Shown here: positions 31,045 through 40,846 of the stretch, one piece after another | Layout of the letters: every line of letters begins with the position of its first letter | Numbering within the stretch: the stretch's first letter is position 1 | Source: Candidatus Latescibacterota bacterium | GTDB taxonomy: Bacteria > Latescibacterota > UBA2968 > GCA-2709665 | Direction: 5' to 3' | Length of the DNA: 64,000 nucleotides | NCBI GenBank assembly: GCA_965208835.1 | Contig: OZ242358.1 | Location: forward strand, 352,001-416,000 | Program-made: the position numbers and the translations under genes | Notes under the pieces: model-generated | Database searches by the model: none | Told to the model about the DNA's origin: nothing | Seen by the model: the letters and a program-made list of their open reading frames with translations, nothing else

Positions 31045-32115
31045 ATGGCTCCTTGTGGAGCCAGGGGGAAACACCACAAAATGCGGCTGGGCAAACTATC
31101 AAGAGCGCCGGGAGATTCGTACCGGGGATCGGGCGTCGCAAGTCGAGTGCGGCACTTCGACGGCTGGCTCGAACGGGCGGCGACGGAGCCCGGTGACGTG
31201 GGCGGGTACGATCACACTGAAACAGTGAAAGACTATTACGACCTTTGCAGCGGGTTCATGGTGTGGGGCTGGGGCGAGTCCCTGCACTTCGCGCCTCTCA
31301 CGCCTGATGAGAGTGTGGAAGCGTCCATGGTCCGGCATCAGCGGTGGATGATCTCCAAGTTGGAGCTGCAACAGGGTATGACGGTGGTCGACGTCGGTTG
31401 TGGAGTCGGCGCCCCCATGCGCCGCGTCGTCCGCGAGGCTGGTGTCAGGGTTGTAGGAATCAACATCAATGAGATCCAGTTGGAAGAAGCGAAAAGGTTG
31501 AACGCCGAGGCGGGGCTCGATCACATGGTCGATTTCGAGACGTGCAGCTTCATGGACATGGGCGCCATCGAGGACGACACCTTCGACCGGGGTTATGCCA
31601 TAGAGTCAACGTGCCATGCGCCGGACAAGCAGCGCGCCTTCGCGGAGATCTTCCGCGTGCTGAAACCCGGTGCCCTGTTCTGGGGCCAGGAAATGTGTCT
31701 CACGGACAGGTTCGATCCGAAAGACGAGCGGCACCAGGCCATCAAGCAGGATCTCATGCGCGGCATTGCGCTGAAGGACATCGCGACCTTCGGGGAAGTG
31801 AATCGCGCGCTCGGAGCCGCGGGATTCCAAGTCATGGAAGGGATGGACCGAGACGTCCAGAAGGGACCCTCCACGCCTTGGTATCAGCCCATGGAGAGTC
31901 GCCATGGGACGTTGGGGAACACCTTGCGCAGGCTTCCGTGGGGCCGCAAGGCGGTCATCGCAGGATTGCAGCTGGCGGAAGTACTGCGGCTCTTTCCGAA
32001 GGGCTCCACGGAAGTCGTCCGACTCCTGGACCGGACCGCGGAGGCTTACGTGGCGGGTGGCAAGGCGGGTATCTTCACGCCGTTGTACTGTTTCCTGGCC
32101 CGCAAGCCTCTTTAG
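31045..32115 (+). CDS. Sterol C-24 methyltransferase (ERG6/SMT-like)
   Basis: YYD...WGWGESLHF (region I), DVGCGVGAP (SAM), YAIESTCHAP (region III), EIFRVLKPG (region IV), C-terminal IFTPLYCFLARKP. Confidence 0.88.
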   Translation: MAPCGARGKHHKMRLGKLSRAPGDSYRGSGVASRVRHFDGWLERAATEPGDVGGYDHTETVKDYYDLCSGFMVWGWGESLHFAPLTPDESVEASMVRHQRWMISKLELQQGMTVVDVGCGVGAPMRRVVREAGVRVVGININEIQLEEAKRLNAEAGLDHMVDFETCSFMDMGAIEDDTFDRGYAIESTCHAPDKQRAFAEIFRVLKPGALFWGQEMCLTDRFDPKDERHQAIKQDLMRGIALKDIATFGEVNRALGAAGFQVMEGMDRDVQKGPSTPWYQPMESRHGTLGNTLRRLPWGRKAVIAGLQLAEVLRLFPKGSTEVVRLLDRTAEAYVAGGKAGIFTPLYCFLARKPL

Positions 32116-32388
32116 GCCCGCCAGAAGCGCCTGCACGCAGGACCCTCAGGCCTGGGCTCTCCTGAACCGCCAGCCGTACATGATGCGCCAGTAATAGTTG
32201 AAGGAGTAACTTGCCGCGGCATCCTCGAAGTGGCAGTCCGTCCGGGAGATGAATCGTTGCGTGTGAGCCTGTCGGTACACGTCTGACAGGTTCTATTTTT
32301 ATATCAGCGTCGATGTAGGGGCAACCCTTGTGGTTGCCCTCCCGCCATGCAGACAACAACACGACAGCGAAACGGATAAAGGGTACCT

Positions 32389-33768
32389 GTGACGGAGAAA
32401 ACCATGCCGCGGCGTATCGCCATTGTCGGCGGAGGGATTTCAGGACTGGGGGCCGCCTGGGCGCTGCATCATCATCCGGACCGGTTTGATTTTCGCCTGT
32501 TCGAGGCCCAGGACCGGATTGGAGGGAATGCGGTAACGGCCGATATGCCGCAGAACGACGGCAGCTCCATTCCCTTCGACATTTCCGTCACGGCCTGTAT
32601 TCCGTCGGTATATCGGCACGTGATGTTGATGATGGAAACGTTCGGCATCGAACTGATCGATACCCGGTTCAGCTATAGCGTGAAGTACCGCGGCCGTGTC
32701 TATGCCCACGATTTCGACTCGGATATCCGGGACCAGCTGCAACTCGAGATTGGGAAGTTTCAACGGGTCTTGAAGCGTCTGCATCGGTTCGGTTGGCTGA
32801 CCCGTTCCGAGTCAAAGTTTCTGAACGCCCTCAATCCGTTCAACTACATCAGCATGCGGACGGTTCTGAATCTCGGCGGTTTTTCCGCGGACTTCAGGTA
32901 CAAGGTACTGAAGCCCATGTTTGTCAACTTTCTGATGGCGACGAACGTATTCGACATGCCCGCGGCGCTCTTCGGGAGGTATCTCGAATTTTTCGACATC
33001 GAAACCGCCACGCCCATGCAGACGTGGGACCGGGGAACACGACGCATCTATGAGAACCTGTCAGCCGACTTCAGAGAAAGGATATACTTCAACCGTCCTG
33101 TCCAAAAGGTGTACCGTCGAACCGAAAATGTGGTGATCGAGGACGAGGACGGGGTAAGGGAGACGTTCGACGAGGTGATCTTCGCGTGCAATGCGAACCA
33201 GACACTGATGATGCTGGATAAACCCACATTGCTGGAACGGTACATACTCTCGTCCATACGTTACGAAAGCGAACTCCACAACCACACGATTGTCCACTCC
33301 GACGCTTCAGTCCTTCCTGACAATGAAGTGAAACCCCTGACCACGCGAAGCAATCACATCGAACAATACGGCGTCAGACCGGACAATTATGAAATCACGT
33401 ACATCATGCACAACCAGCAGCCGTGGGCGAAACGGTCTGACAGGCCCTGTCTGGTGACCTACAACCCGATCAGCCGGATCGATGAAAAAAAGATCATCGG
33501 AAGGTGGTGGTTCCAGCACATTGTGCACGACGTGCGCCACGTTGCCCTGCTCGTTCCACTGTTCCGCTTCATTCAGGGCAGGAAACGGACCTGGCACTGC
33601 GGGGCGCACACGCTGATCAACAGCCAGGAGACATGTTTCGTCAGCGGGCTTGCCGCAGCAACGCAGATCGGCGCGGACTATCCCTTCGAAGATCACGAAG
33701 CAAGACGGTCGTTCAACTACTATGGGAGCATCCTGTATGGGTGGGGGTTCAGGAAGGCGAGGGGCTGA
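32389..33768 (+). CDS. FAD-dependent oxidoreductase (COG2907 / amine-oxidase-like)
   Basis: IAIVGGGISG, FEAQDRIGG, FDEVIFAC, HSDASVLP and IQGRKRTWHCGA motifs. Confidence 0.8.
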   Translation: MTEKTMPRRIAIVGGGISGLGAAWALHHHPDRFDFRLFEAQDRIGGNAVTADMPQNDGSSIPFDISVTACIPSVYRHVMLMMETFGIELIDTRFSYSVKYRGRVYAHDFDSDIRDQLQLEIGKFQRVLKRLHRFGWLTRSESKFLNALNPFNYISMRTVLNLGGFSADFRYKVLKPMFVNFLMATNVFDMPAALFGRYLEFFDIETATPMQTWDRGTRRIYENLSADFRERIYFNRPVQKVYRRTENVVIEDEDGVRETFDEVIFACNANQTLMMLDKPTLLERYILSSIRYESELHNHTIVHSDASVLPDNEVKPLTTRSNHIEQYGVRPDNYEITYIMHNQQPWAKRSDRPCLVTYNPISRIDEKKIIGRWWFQHIVHDVRHVALLVPLFRFIQGRKRTWHCGAHTLINSQETCFVSGLAAATQIGADYPFEDHEARRSFNYYGSILYGWGFRKARG

Positions 33769-33816
33769 AGGCGTCCGACGATATTTGGGAACGGACAATC
33801 GCCCGCGCGGCGTCGA

Positions 33817-34887
33817 TCAGGCCTTTGGAGGTTCCGGATAGAACTGCCGGCAATATCGGCGGTAGGTGCCGATGGGGCCGTCTGCCCGACAGAGCCTTGG
33901 GGGCGACCGATGCCGTTTCTTTTCCCAGATCACGACGTCCTGCAGCACATCCCGTTTCTGCTGCAAAAGCAGAATGTGATTCATCAGCCGCTGGCGCAGC
34001 TTCATGGGTAAGAAACCGAGACCCGTGATGAACCGCCCGGGCTTTCGGAACTCCCGCAGTTGGCTGACCAGGACAAGATCGATGAGGGTGCCATCGATGG
34101 GCGTAGGAAGTACCCACAATCTCGCGCGCATATCGATGGTCTTCTCGTGGATTTCGACGAAGGAGTAGCCGAGTCCATGGATGTGGGTAATGGCGGAGAT
34201 TTCGTACACGAGGTCTATCATACCCAGGATGCCGCGGACGCGTCTGAAGTCGAAGCAACTCTTCAGGTAGGCGCCGTCCACGGTAACCGAACCCACCGGA
34301 TTCACCTTGTCGTAGCCGTGTACATACCGAAGGTGTCCCAGATCCACTGAGTTTTCGGCCGTTTCCTGGGGATGGCTGCGGAATCGGAGACGTCGGAATC
34401 CCAGTTTACTCCACTCGGCGCCGGTGGGCGGCTCACCCGGAAGATCCCAGTGCGCGGGCCTGTTGCCGTTCCCGTACCACGCGAAGACGAGGCCAAAGAT
34501 CTCTCTGGTTTCGTAGACCTTGAGTTTCGCGGCTCTGGGCGCCGGGGCGTTCGGTGTCGCCACGCATTGGCCGGTTGCATCGAACTCGAATCCGTGAAAT
34601 GGACAGACCAGGCGTCCGTCGCAAACCCTCCCGCCAACGTCCGGCCCCAGCGATGAGCCCAGGTGGGGGCAAATAGAGTCGGCCACGCAAACACGGCCCT
34701 CCTCGTCGCACCAGGCAACGATTTTTTCTCCCATCCAGGTCTTCTCTACCAGCTTCTCTCGCAGAAGGGACTCCCGCGTCTCTACCAGATACCAACCTTC
34801 GGGGAACGGGGGCAGATGATCAGCACCGGCCGCGCCCGGTTCTCTGGCCAACCTTTCCTGTGTCTCTGGCGATCCTGTTGAAGCCAT
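33817..34887 (-). CDS. Rieske oxygenase, KshA / cholesterol 7-desaturase (Neverland/DAF-36)-like
   Basis: FPEGWY; CPH...CPFH Rieske ligands; ENSVDLGHLRYVH Fe site; DVVIWEKK...L...DGPI..YRRY..QFY C-terminus. Confidence 0.85.
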   Translation of the reverse strand: MASTGSPETQERLAREPGAAGADHLPPFPEGWYLVETRESLLREKLVEKTWMGEKIVAWCDEEGRVCVADSICPHLGSSLGPDVGGRVCDGRLVCPFHGFEFDATGQCVATPNAPAPRAAKLKVYETREIFGLVFAWYGNGNRPAHWDLPGEPPTGAEWSKLGFRRLRFRSHPQETAENSVDLGHLRYVHGYDKVNPVGSVTVDGAYLKSCFDFRRVRGILGMIDLVYEISAITHIHGLGYSFVEIHEKTIDMRARLWVLPTPIDGTLIDLVLVSQLREFRKPGRFITGLGFLPMKLRQRLMNHILLLQQKRDVLQDVVIWEKKRHRSPPRLCRADGPIGTYRRYCRQFYPEPPKA

Positions 34888-34916
34888 GCGAGCCCGATCC
34901 TCCTGATCCCGCGCTA

Positions 34917-36200
34917 CTACCACGCCTTCAGCGCATCCCTGAACAGCGCTGCCAGGTCCTCTCTTCCGGCGGGCCTCGGCGACAGCTTGGTCACGCGGTG
35001 CTGGGGCAGCGTGCCCTCCACCAACGCCGGCACGTCGGCTTCCGTAAACCCGATCGCGGAAAGTCCGTTGGGCATTTCGAGACGCTTCATCAGCACGACG
35101 ATGCGGTCGGCGAGGATCCCTCCCGCCTCCGTCTCAGGGTCCTTCACCCCGGAAATGTCCGCGCCCAGCAGTTGCGCGGCCTTGAGATGGCGTTCCGGGC
35201 ATGCAGGACCGGTAAACCGGAAGGAGGCCGGCGCGTTCAGGAAAACCGACATCCCATGGGGCACGATGGGATGGTCGCTTACCATCCCATCCGGCCGGTA
35301 ATCCTGCACCATCCCCGAGACGGGATAGGACATCCCGTGAGGGAGATGAACGCCCGCGTTGCCGAAGCCCATCCCAGCCATGCTCGATGCCAGAATCATA
35401 TTCGACCTCGCCTCGTCATCATCCGGATCCGCAACCGCGCGCACGATGTTTTCCGCGACGAGTTCGATGGCCCGGATCGCCCACATGTCGCTGATGGGAT
35501 TGGTGCCCTGGTAAGCCGGCCGCAGAATCGGCCGTTCGGGCAATGGCCGCTGGTCGTAAGGAATCGCCGTATAAGACTCCAGCGCGTGGCAGAGCACATC
35601 CAGGCCCGTCGAGGCCGCAACAACGGGCGGCATGGTTCGCGTATTCTCAGGATCCACAATGCCCAGCGACGGTTTCAGGCGGCGGTGGGCGATGCCGGTC
35701 TTGACGTGTTTTGCGGAAATATCGAATATCGTGACACCCGTGGTCTCGCTGCCGGTTCCGGCGGTCGTCGGAATCGCGATCAGCGGCTTGAGCGCGCCGG
35801 GAACCGGCTTGCCGCTGCCGATCGGGGCGTTCACGTACGCGTAGAAATCATCGGGAAAGGTGGAATAGAGATTCGCGGCTTTTGCCGTATCGATGGAGGA
35901 ACCGCCGCCCACGGCAACGAACGCATCGAAGTTTCCATCCAGCGCAAAGTCGATGGCTTCCTGAAACGAAACGTCCGTGGGTTCGACCCTAACACGGTCA
36001 TAAAGCGCGTAATCGACCCCCTCGCTCTTGAGGGATTCGACCGCCGTCCGCACAGGCGGCAGGTCCACGAGATTGGGGTCCGTTAACAGCATCACCCGCC
36101 TGGCGCCCAGTTCGGACAGATCCATGCCCACTTCCCTTGTCGCGCCCGGTCCGAACCGCAAGTTCGAAGTTCCCATCTCAAACGCGAAATCGGTCTGCAT
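34917..36200 (-). CDS. Hydroxyacid-oxoacid transhydrogenase (Fe-ADH family)
   Basis: VRVEPTD.SF, GGGSSIDTAKAANLY, YVNAPIG.G, GFGNAGVHLPHGMSYPVSG. Confidence 0.9.
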   Translation of the reverse strand: MQTDFAFEMGTSNLRFGPGATREVGMDLSELGARRVMLLTDPNLVDLPPVRTAVESLKSEGVDYALYDRVRVEPTDVSFQEAIDFALDGNFDAFVAVGGGSSIDTAKAANLYSTFPDDFYAYVNAPIGSGKPVPGALKPLIAIPTTAGTGSETTGVTIFDISAKHVKTGIAHRRLKPSLGIVDPENTRTMPPVVAASTGLDVLCHALESYTAIPYDQRPLPERPILRPAYQGTNPISDMWAIRAIELVAENIVRAVADPDDDEARSNMILASSMAGMGFGNAGVHLPHGMSYPVSGMVQDYRPDGMVSDHPIVPHGMSVFLNAPASFRFTGPACPERHLKAAQLLGADISGVKDPETEAGGILADRIVVLMKRLEMPNGLSAIGFTEADVPALVEGTLPQHRVTKLSPRPAGREDLAALFRDALKAW

Positions 36201-36738
36201 TCGTTCTCCTGTTGCCGGAATAGGTAAGAATCCGGTCAGAAATGACGTGTCGCCTTACATCCCGCCCGACACGGGGGCTTGTAATTTTAAGAAAATGCGC
36301 GGGTGGAGGCAAGGATTACGGGGAAAAGACCGGTTCGGGCGAAGCCAAGCGGCATATCGGCAATAGCAGATCGCTAAAGGCGGGCGGTTCGCGATGCTCT
36401 CTACAAGAACCCGACATTCGTCGTATTGATATAGCGGTCTGACGTGACGCCCTTTCATTTGTAGGGGCAACCCTTGTGGTTACCCAACCTGAAGCTTTTT
36501 TGACTCATCCTTTGTGTATTCGTCTCTTTGTGTGAGCCCGGATTTCTTGCCTTTCTCCCCCTTTCCTTCAGGAGAGGGGGTTGGGGGGAGAGGTCTGGCG
36601 CCGTCGTCAGAACCGACGTTTACGCCTGCCCCGCTGCAGGACTTTCTCGCAGGCATGACGACTTTTGTTTATCATGAAGTGTGTACCACCCCAGCACGTC
36701 GTTTGTCTCACGCCACCCGCTATTGGAACGATCATCCT

Positions 36739-38709
36739 GTGTCTCCTGAAGATCCCTCAAGAATACGCAATCTTGGTATCCTCGCACACGTCGATGCCGG
36801 CAAGACGACCGTGACTGAGAATCTGCTGTTCCAGAGCGGTGCCATCCGCATGGCCGGAAATGTCGACAAGGGGACAAGCCTCTCCGACACGCTCGACGTG
36901 GAGAGGCGGCGAGGGATCTCGGTCCGGGCATCGGCGATGTCATTTGAGTGGGAGGGCGTGAGGATCAACCTGATCGACACGCCGGGTCACGTCGATTTTT
37001 CCGCCGAAGTCGAACGGTCTCTTCGGGTGCTGGACTGCGCCGTTCTCGTTCTTTCGGCGGTCGAAGGCATCCAGGCCCAGACCGAGTCGATATGGGCCGC
37101 GCTGGAAGCGCTGAACGTACCCGTCATCGTGTTCGTGAACAAACTGGATCGGACCGGCGCGGATACGGCGAGGGTCGTCGATGATCTGAAGCGTCGATTT
37201 TCACGCGACGTGATTCTGGTCAATCAGCCGGAGAAGGAAGGCGAACCGGACGCGCGTATGACCGATCTTGACCCGGACGGCCAGACCGCCCTGGCAGAGA
37301 CCGTCGCCGCGAAGGACGACGCGCTCCTGGAGCGATTTCTGAACGAGGAGCCAATTTCACGAGCAGAGATCGAGAAAGTGATTGCGGCTTGCACGGCCAG
37401 GAGAGAACTGTTTCCCATACTCTGCGGTGTGGCCAAGAACATGATTGGAACGGAGGAACTGCTGGGGAAGATCGTGGCCTGGTTCCCCGATGCGAATGTC
37501 GATGACTCACGTCCACCCTCCGGCGTGGTGTTCAAGCTCGACCACGATCCGAAACTTGGGCGCATCGCCGGCGTTCGTCTCTTTGCAGGACGACTCCAAA
37601 ACAGAGATATCATCCGGAATGTTACGGCTGATCGCGACGAGAAGATTACGCAGATCAAGAAATCCTATCTCAATCGATACGAGGACACGGGCGCCCTCTC
37701 CGCCGGCGACATCGGTTTCTTCTGCGGGATGCCGGAGGCTAAGATTGGCGACGTCCTGGGCGACCCGGGTCCCATCCCCGGGTCCTGCGAACTCGGAGAG
37801 CCGCTGCTGTCGGTACAGGCAATCCCGGAACATGAGGCGGATCACGCTCTGCTGGCCGGGGCGCTGCAACAGTTGTCGAGCGAAGACCCACACCTCAACT
37901 TCACGTGGTTCGAGGATGAGCGCGAACTGCAGGTGAAGATCATGGGCCCGGTTCAGGCGGAGATTCTGACCGAGATGCTCGATGCGCGATTTGGCATAAA
38001 AGCGCGGTTTAGTGACCCAGCGGTCATTTACAAGGAGACACCTGCTTCGGTCGGCTTCGGCATCGAGCGCTACACGATGCCGAAACCGTGTTGGGCCATC
38101 GTGAAATATCGGATCGAACCGGGCGAGCCGGGAAGTGGTGTCGTTTATTCGTCACAGGTCGGCGTCAACGACATCAAGGCACGATATCAGAAAGAGATTG
38201 AAAGATCGATCGAGGGCGCGCTCAGGCAGGGAATCAAGGGATGGGAAGTCACGGATCTGAAGATTACCCTGGTGGAGGGGAGCGATCACGTTCTGCACAG
38301 CCGTGCGGGCAATTTCAAACTCGCGACGAATATCGCGGTGTTGAAAGGGCTGACCGAGACCGGGTCGATTCTGCTCGAACCGATACTGGCGTTCAAAATC
38401 ACGGTGGCCGAGACCTACGTTGGCAGGATCACGTCGGACATCATCAACGCGCGCGGCACCTTCGATCCCGTTGAGGCAGACGGAGGTGCGTTATCGGTTA
38501 CGGGACGATTACCCCTGGCGACTTCGATGGACTATCCCATCCGGCTGAACTCGTTGACGGGCGGAACGGCGAAATTCTCCTTTAAGTACGACGGATATGA
38601 GCCGTGCCCGCCGGGCGAGGGCGTCGTGCGGCCCTACAAGGGGATATCGCCGCTGGATCGGGCGAAGTACATCCTGGCGATGCGCGGGGCGGTAACGGAA
38701 GCCGTTTGA
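36739..38709 (+). CDS. TetM/TetW/TetO-like ribosomal protection / EF-G-like GTPase
   Basis: NLGILAHVDAGKTT.TE, RGISV, DTPGHVDF, NKLD; about 650 aa from GTG 36739. Confidence 0.85.
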   Translation: MSPEDPSRIRNLGILAHVDAGKTTVTENLLFQSGAIRMAGNVDKGTSLSDTLDVERRRGISVRASAMSFEWEGVRINLIDTPGHVDFSAEVERSLRVLDCAVLVLSAVEGIQAQTESIWAALEALNVPVIVFVNKLDRTGADTARVVDDLKRRFSRDVILVNQPEKEGEPDARMTDLDPDGQTALAETVAAKDDALLERFLNEEPISRAEIEKVIAACTARRELFPILCGVAKNMIGTEELLGKIVAWFPDANVDDSRPPSGVVFKLDHDPKLGRIAGVRLFAGRLQNRDIIRNVTADRDEKITQIKKSYLNRYEDTGALSAGDIGFFCGMPEAKIGDVLGDPGPIPGSCELGEPLLSVQAIPEHEADHALLAGALQQLSSEDPHLNFTWFEDERELQVKIMGPVQAEILTEMLDARFGIKARFSDPAVIYKETPASVGFGIERYTMPKPCWAIVKYRIEPGEPGSGVVYSSQVGVNDIKARYQKEIERSIEGALRQGIKGWEVTDLKITLVEGSDHVLHSRAGNFKLATNIAVLKGLTETGSILLEPILAFKITVAETYVGRITSDIINARGTFDPVEADGGALSVTGRLPLATSMDYPIRLNSLTGGTAKFSFKYDGYEPCPPGEGVVRPYKGISPLDRAKYILAMRGAVTEAV

Positions 38710-39033
38710 ATCCAATGTCAAGTCACGGCGCCGAACGCAGATCGACGCACGGTATGTGTCAGGGCGACCGGCCGGTCGCCCCTACACAAGCAGGCATCCG
38801 CGAATTGAGTTCGCCAGGCCGTATCGACGTCCTATGGGCAGGGTCTGGTCCTCTTTCTTCTTCCTTTTTCCCTCTTCCTTCACGCCAGAAATCCCTTGTC
38901 CCGTCTCTCGAAATCGAATATACTCCCGGTCGTCATCCTGGCGTTTCCAACCAGCCGCAACGCGCCCATCTCGTTGGGCTCGGATCTATTGCCCTCGTTC
39001 CACGCGCTATTGCGGCGTTCTTTATTCCAGTCG

Positions 39034-39822
39034 ATGCAAAACCCGCCCATCATCACCGTTGAGAACGCGTGCAAGACCTTTGCCGGAGACCGCGGGGAGG
39101 TCCAGGCGCTGGACGGCTTCGACATGGCCGTGCGGGAAGGCGAACTGGTGTCGATCGTCGGTCCGAGCGGCTGCGGAAAGAGCACGCTGCTCTGGGCTAT
39201 GGCGGCGCTCTGGCCGCTCACCGAGGGGAAAATTACGGTAAACGGAAAGCAGGTCGTGGAACCCCGGCGGGAGATCGGCATGGTTTTCCAGACCTCCAAT
39301 CTGCTGCCATGGCGAAACCTGCTGCAGAATATCCGTTTTCCATTCGAAATCATGAGGGAAGACCACGGGGAATACCGGGAACGTATCGACGACCTGATCG
39401 AGATCACGGCCCTGAAAGGCTTCGAACGTCACTATCCGGGCGAACTTTCGGGAGGCATGCAGCAACGGGCGTCCATCGTCCGGGCGCTGGCGTACGACCC
39501 GCGGGTCCTGCTGATGGATGAACCGTTCGGCGCCCTGGATGCCTTCACTCGGGACGAAATGAACCTGATGCTCCTCAACATCTGGGAACGGTCCCGCAAG
39601 ACCATTGTCTTCGTCACCCACCAGATCCCCGAAGCCGTCTATCTCTCCGACCGGGTTTACGTGATGACGCCCCGTCCGGGCAGGAACTCGAAGATCTACG
39701 ACATCGATCTGCCCCGCCCGCGTCCGCTTTCCGTAACCGCCGAACCCCATTTCTTCGAAATCGTCGCCGAAATCAAACAGACCATCTTTCAGGACGTGCA
39801 GAACGATGCCGCATCAAGTTGA
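39034..39822 (+). CDS. NitT/TauT-family ABC transporter ATP-binding protein
   Basis: GPSGCGKST, LSGGMQQR, LLMDEPFGALD, VTH. Confidence 0.93.
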   Translation: MQNPPIITVENACKTFAGDRGEVQALDGFDMAVREGELVSIVGPSGCGKSTLLWAMAALWPLTEGKITVNGKQVVEPRREIGMVFQTSNLLPWRNLLQNIRFPFEIMREDHGEYRERIDDLIEITALKGFERHYPGELSGGMQQRASIVRALAYDPRVLLMDEPFGALDAFTRDEMNLMLLNIWERSRKTIVFVTHQIPEAVYLSDRVYVMTPRPGRNSKIYDIDLPRPRPLSVTAEPHFFEIVAEIKQTIFQDVQNDAASS

Positions 39823-39865
39823 ACATTGACGCCAGCATGCGACGCTGTGTAGAAGTCGCTAAAAG

Positions 39866-39996
39866 GCGGGGAGACGGTAGAGGGAAGAGGGTAGATGAAA
39901 TCCTTGCCCGCTATATCCTTTCTTGTCGCCTCCGGCATGAGAAGAATCCTTACAGGGCGGGCAATCTCTCCCTTCTACCGGCTTACGTCTACCCGC
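39866..39996. repeat. About 130-bp inverted-end intergenic element, copy 1 of 3 (others 40851-40980, 42189-42318)
   Basis: G(C/T)GGGGAGACG...TGAGAAGAA...ATCTCT...CGTCT(A/T/C)CCCGC in all three copies. Confidence 0.8.
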
Positions 39997-40045
39997 TTTT
40001 TGCTTTTGGCTGACAGCTGACCACCGATAGCTGATAGTTCTATCC

Positions 40046-40846
40046 ATGTCCGCTAAAGACGAAAAACAACCCATCAACTGGTCCGCGCTGACGTCCGTCA
40101 GCTTCGCCGGCGTGCAGGTTGCGGTAATCGCCGGTGTGGCGGTGGCTGTCGTTGGGGCTTCCGAACTCGTGGTCCGCGCGTGGGACATCCCGTCCTATGT
40201 CTTCCCGCTTCCGAGCGAGATCGCATCCGCGCTCTACCGGTCCTTCCCGTTACTCTGGCCCCACCTGCTGGTTACGCTTCAGGAACTGGGTCTGGGATAC
40301 GCGATCGGCGCCGTCGCGGGTATTCTCCTGGCCGCGCTGATTACGCAGTTTCCCTTTGCGGAAAAGATCGTCACGCCCTATATCCTGATTCTGGTCACCA
40401 CGCCGATGCTCGCCCTCGTGCCGCTGCTGATCCTCAAATTCGGGTTCGGTCAGACGCCCCGGGTCATCGCGGTCGCACTCGCGGTGGGTCCGATGGTCAT
40501 GATCAACGCCGCCACAGGTTTCCGCAGGACCGACCTTGCGAAAATCGCTCTGGCCCGCTCATACGGCGCCTCGACGCTTCAGATCTTCTACAAGGTCCGC
40601 TTTCCACTCGCGCTGCCCATGATCATCGTCGGACTCATGGTCGGCGGCATTTTCGGACTGCTGACGGCGATCGGCGCCGAGATGGTGGGTGGCGGGTCCG
40701 GCCTGGGCAATCGCCTGGTCTATTATTCGTCCCTCGCGCGCATGTCCAGTTTTTTCGCCGTGATCATACTCATTGCGGCGATTGGAATCGGTTTGTACGT
40801 CGCTTTTTACCTGATCGGCAAGAAATGGGCGAACTGGGAGAATTAA
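40046..40846 (+). CDS. NitT/TauT-family ABC permease
   Basis: P.PS.I, LARSYGAS..QIF.KVRFP.ALP (EAA-like loop), AEMVG...GLG. Confidence 0.92.
   Translation: MSAKDEKQPINWSALTSVSFAGVQVAVIAGVAVAVVGASELVVRAWDIPSYVFPLPSEIASALYRSFPLLWPHLLVTLQELGLGYAIGAVAGILLAALITQFPFAEKIVTPYILILVTTPMLALVPLLILKFGFGQTPRVIAVALAVGPMVMINAATGFRRTDLAKIALARSYGASTLQIFYKVRFPLALPMIIVGLMVGGIFGLLTAIGAEMVGGGSGLGNRLVYYSSLARMSSFFAVIILIAAIGIGLYVAFYLIGKKWANWEN

Noticed and set aside
23043-34887. De novo sterol biosynthesis cluster
   Set aside because: No squalene synthase, squalene epoxidase or oxidosqualene cyclase in the window, and the P450 lacks the CYP51 AGQHTS motif.
36514-36738. N-terminal extension of the Tet-like GTPase
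   Set aside because: Runs through a palindromic repeat; homology begins near GTG 36739.
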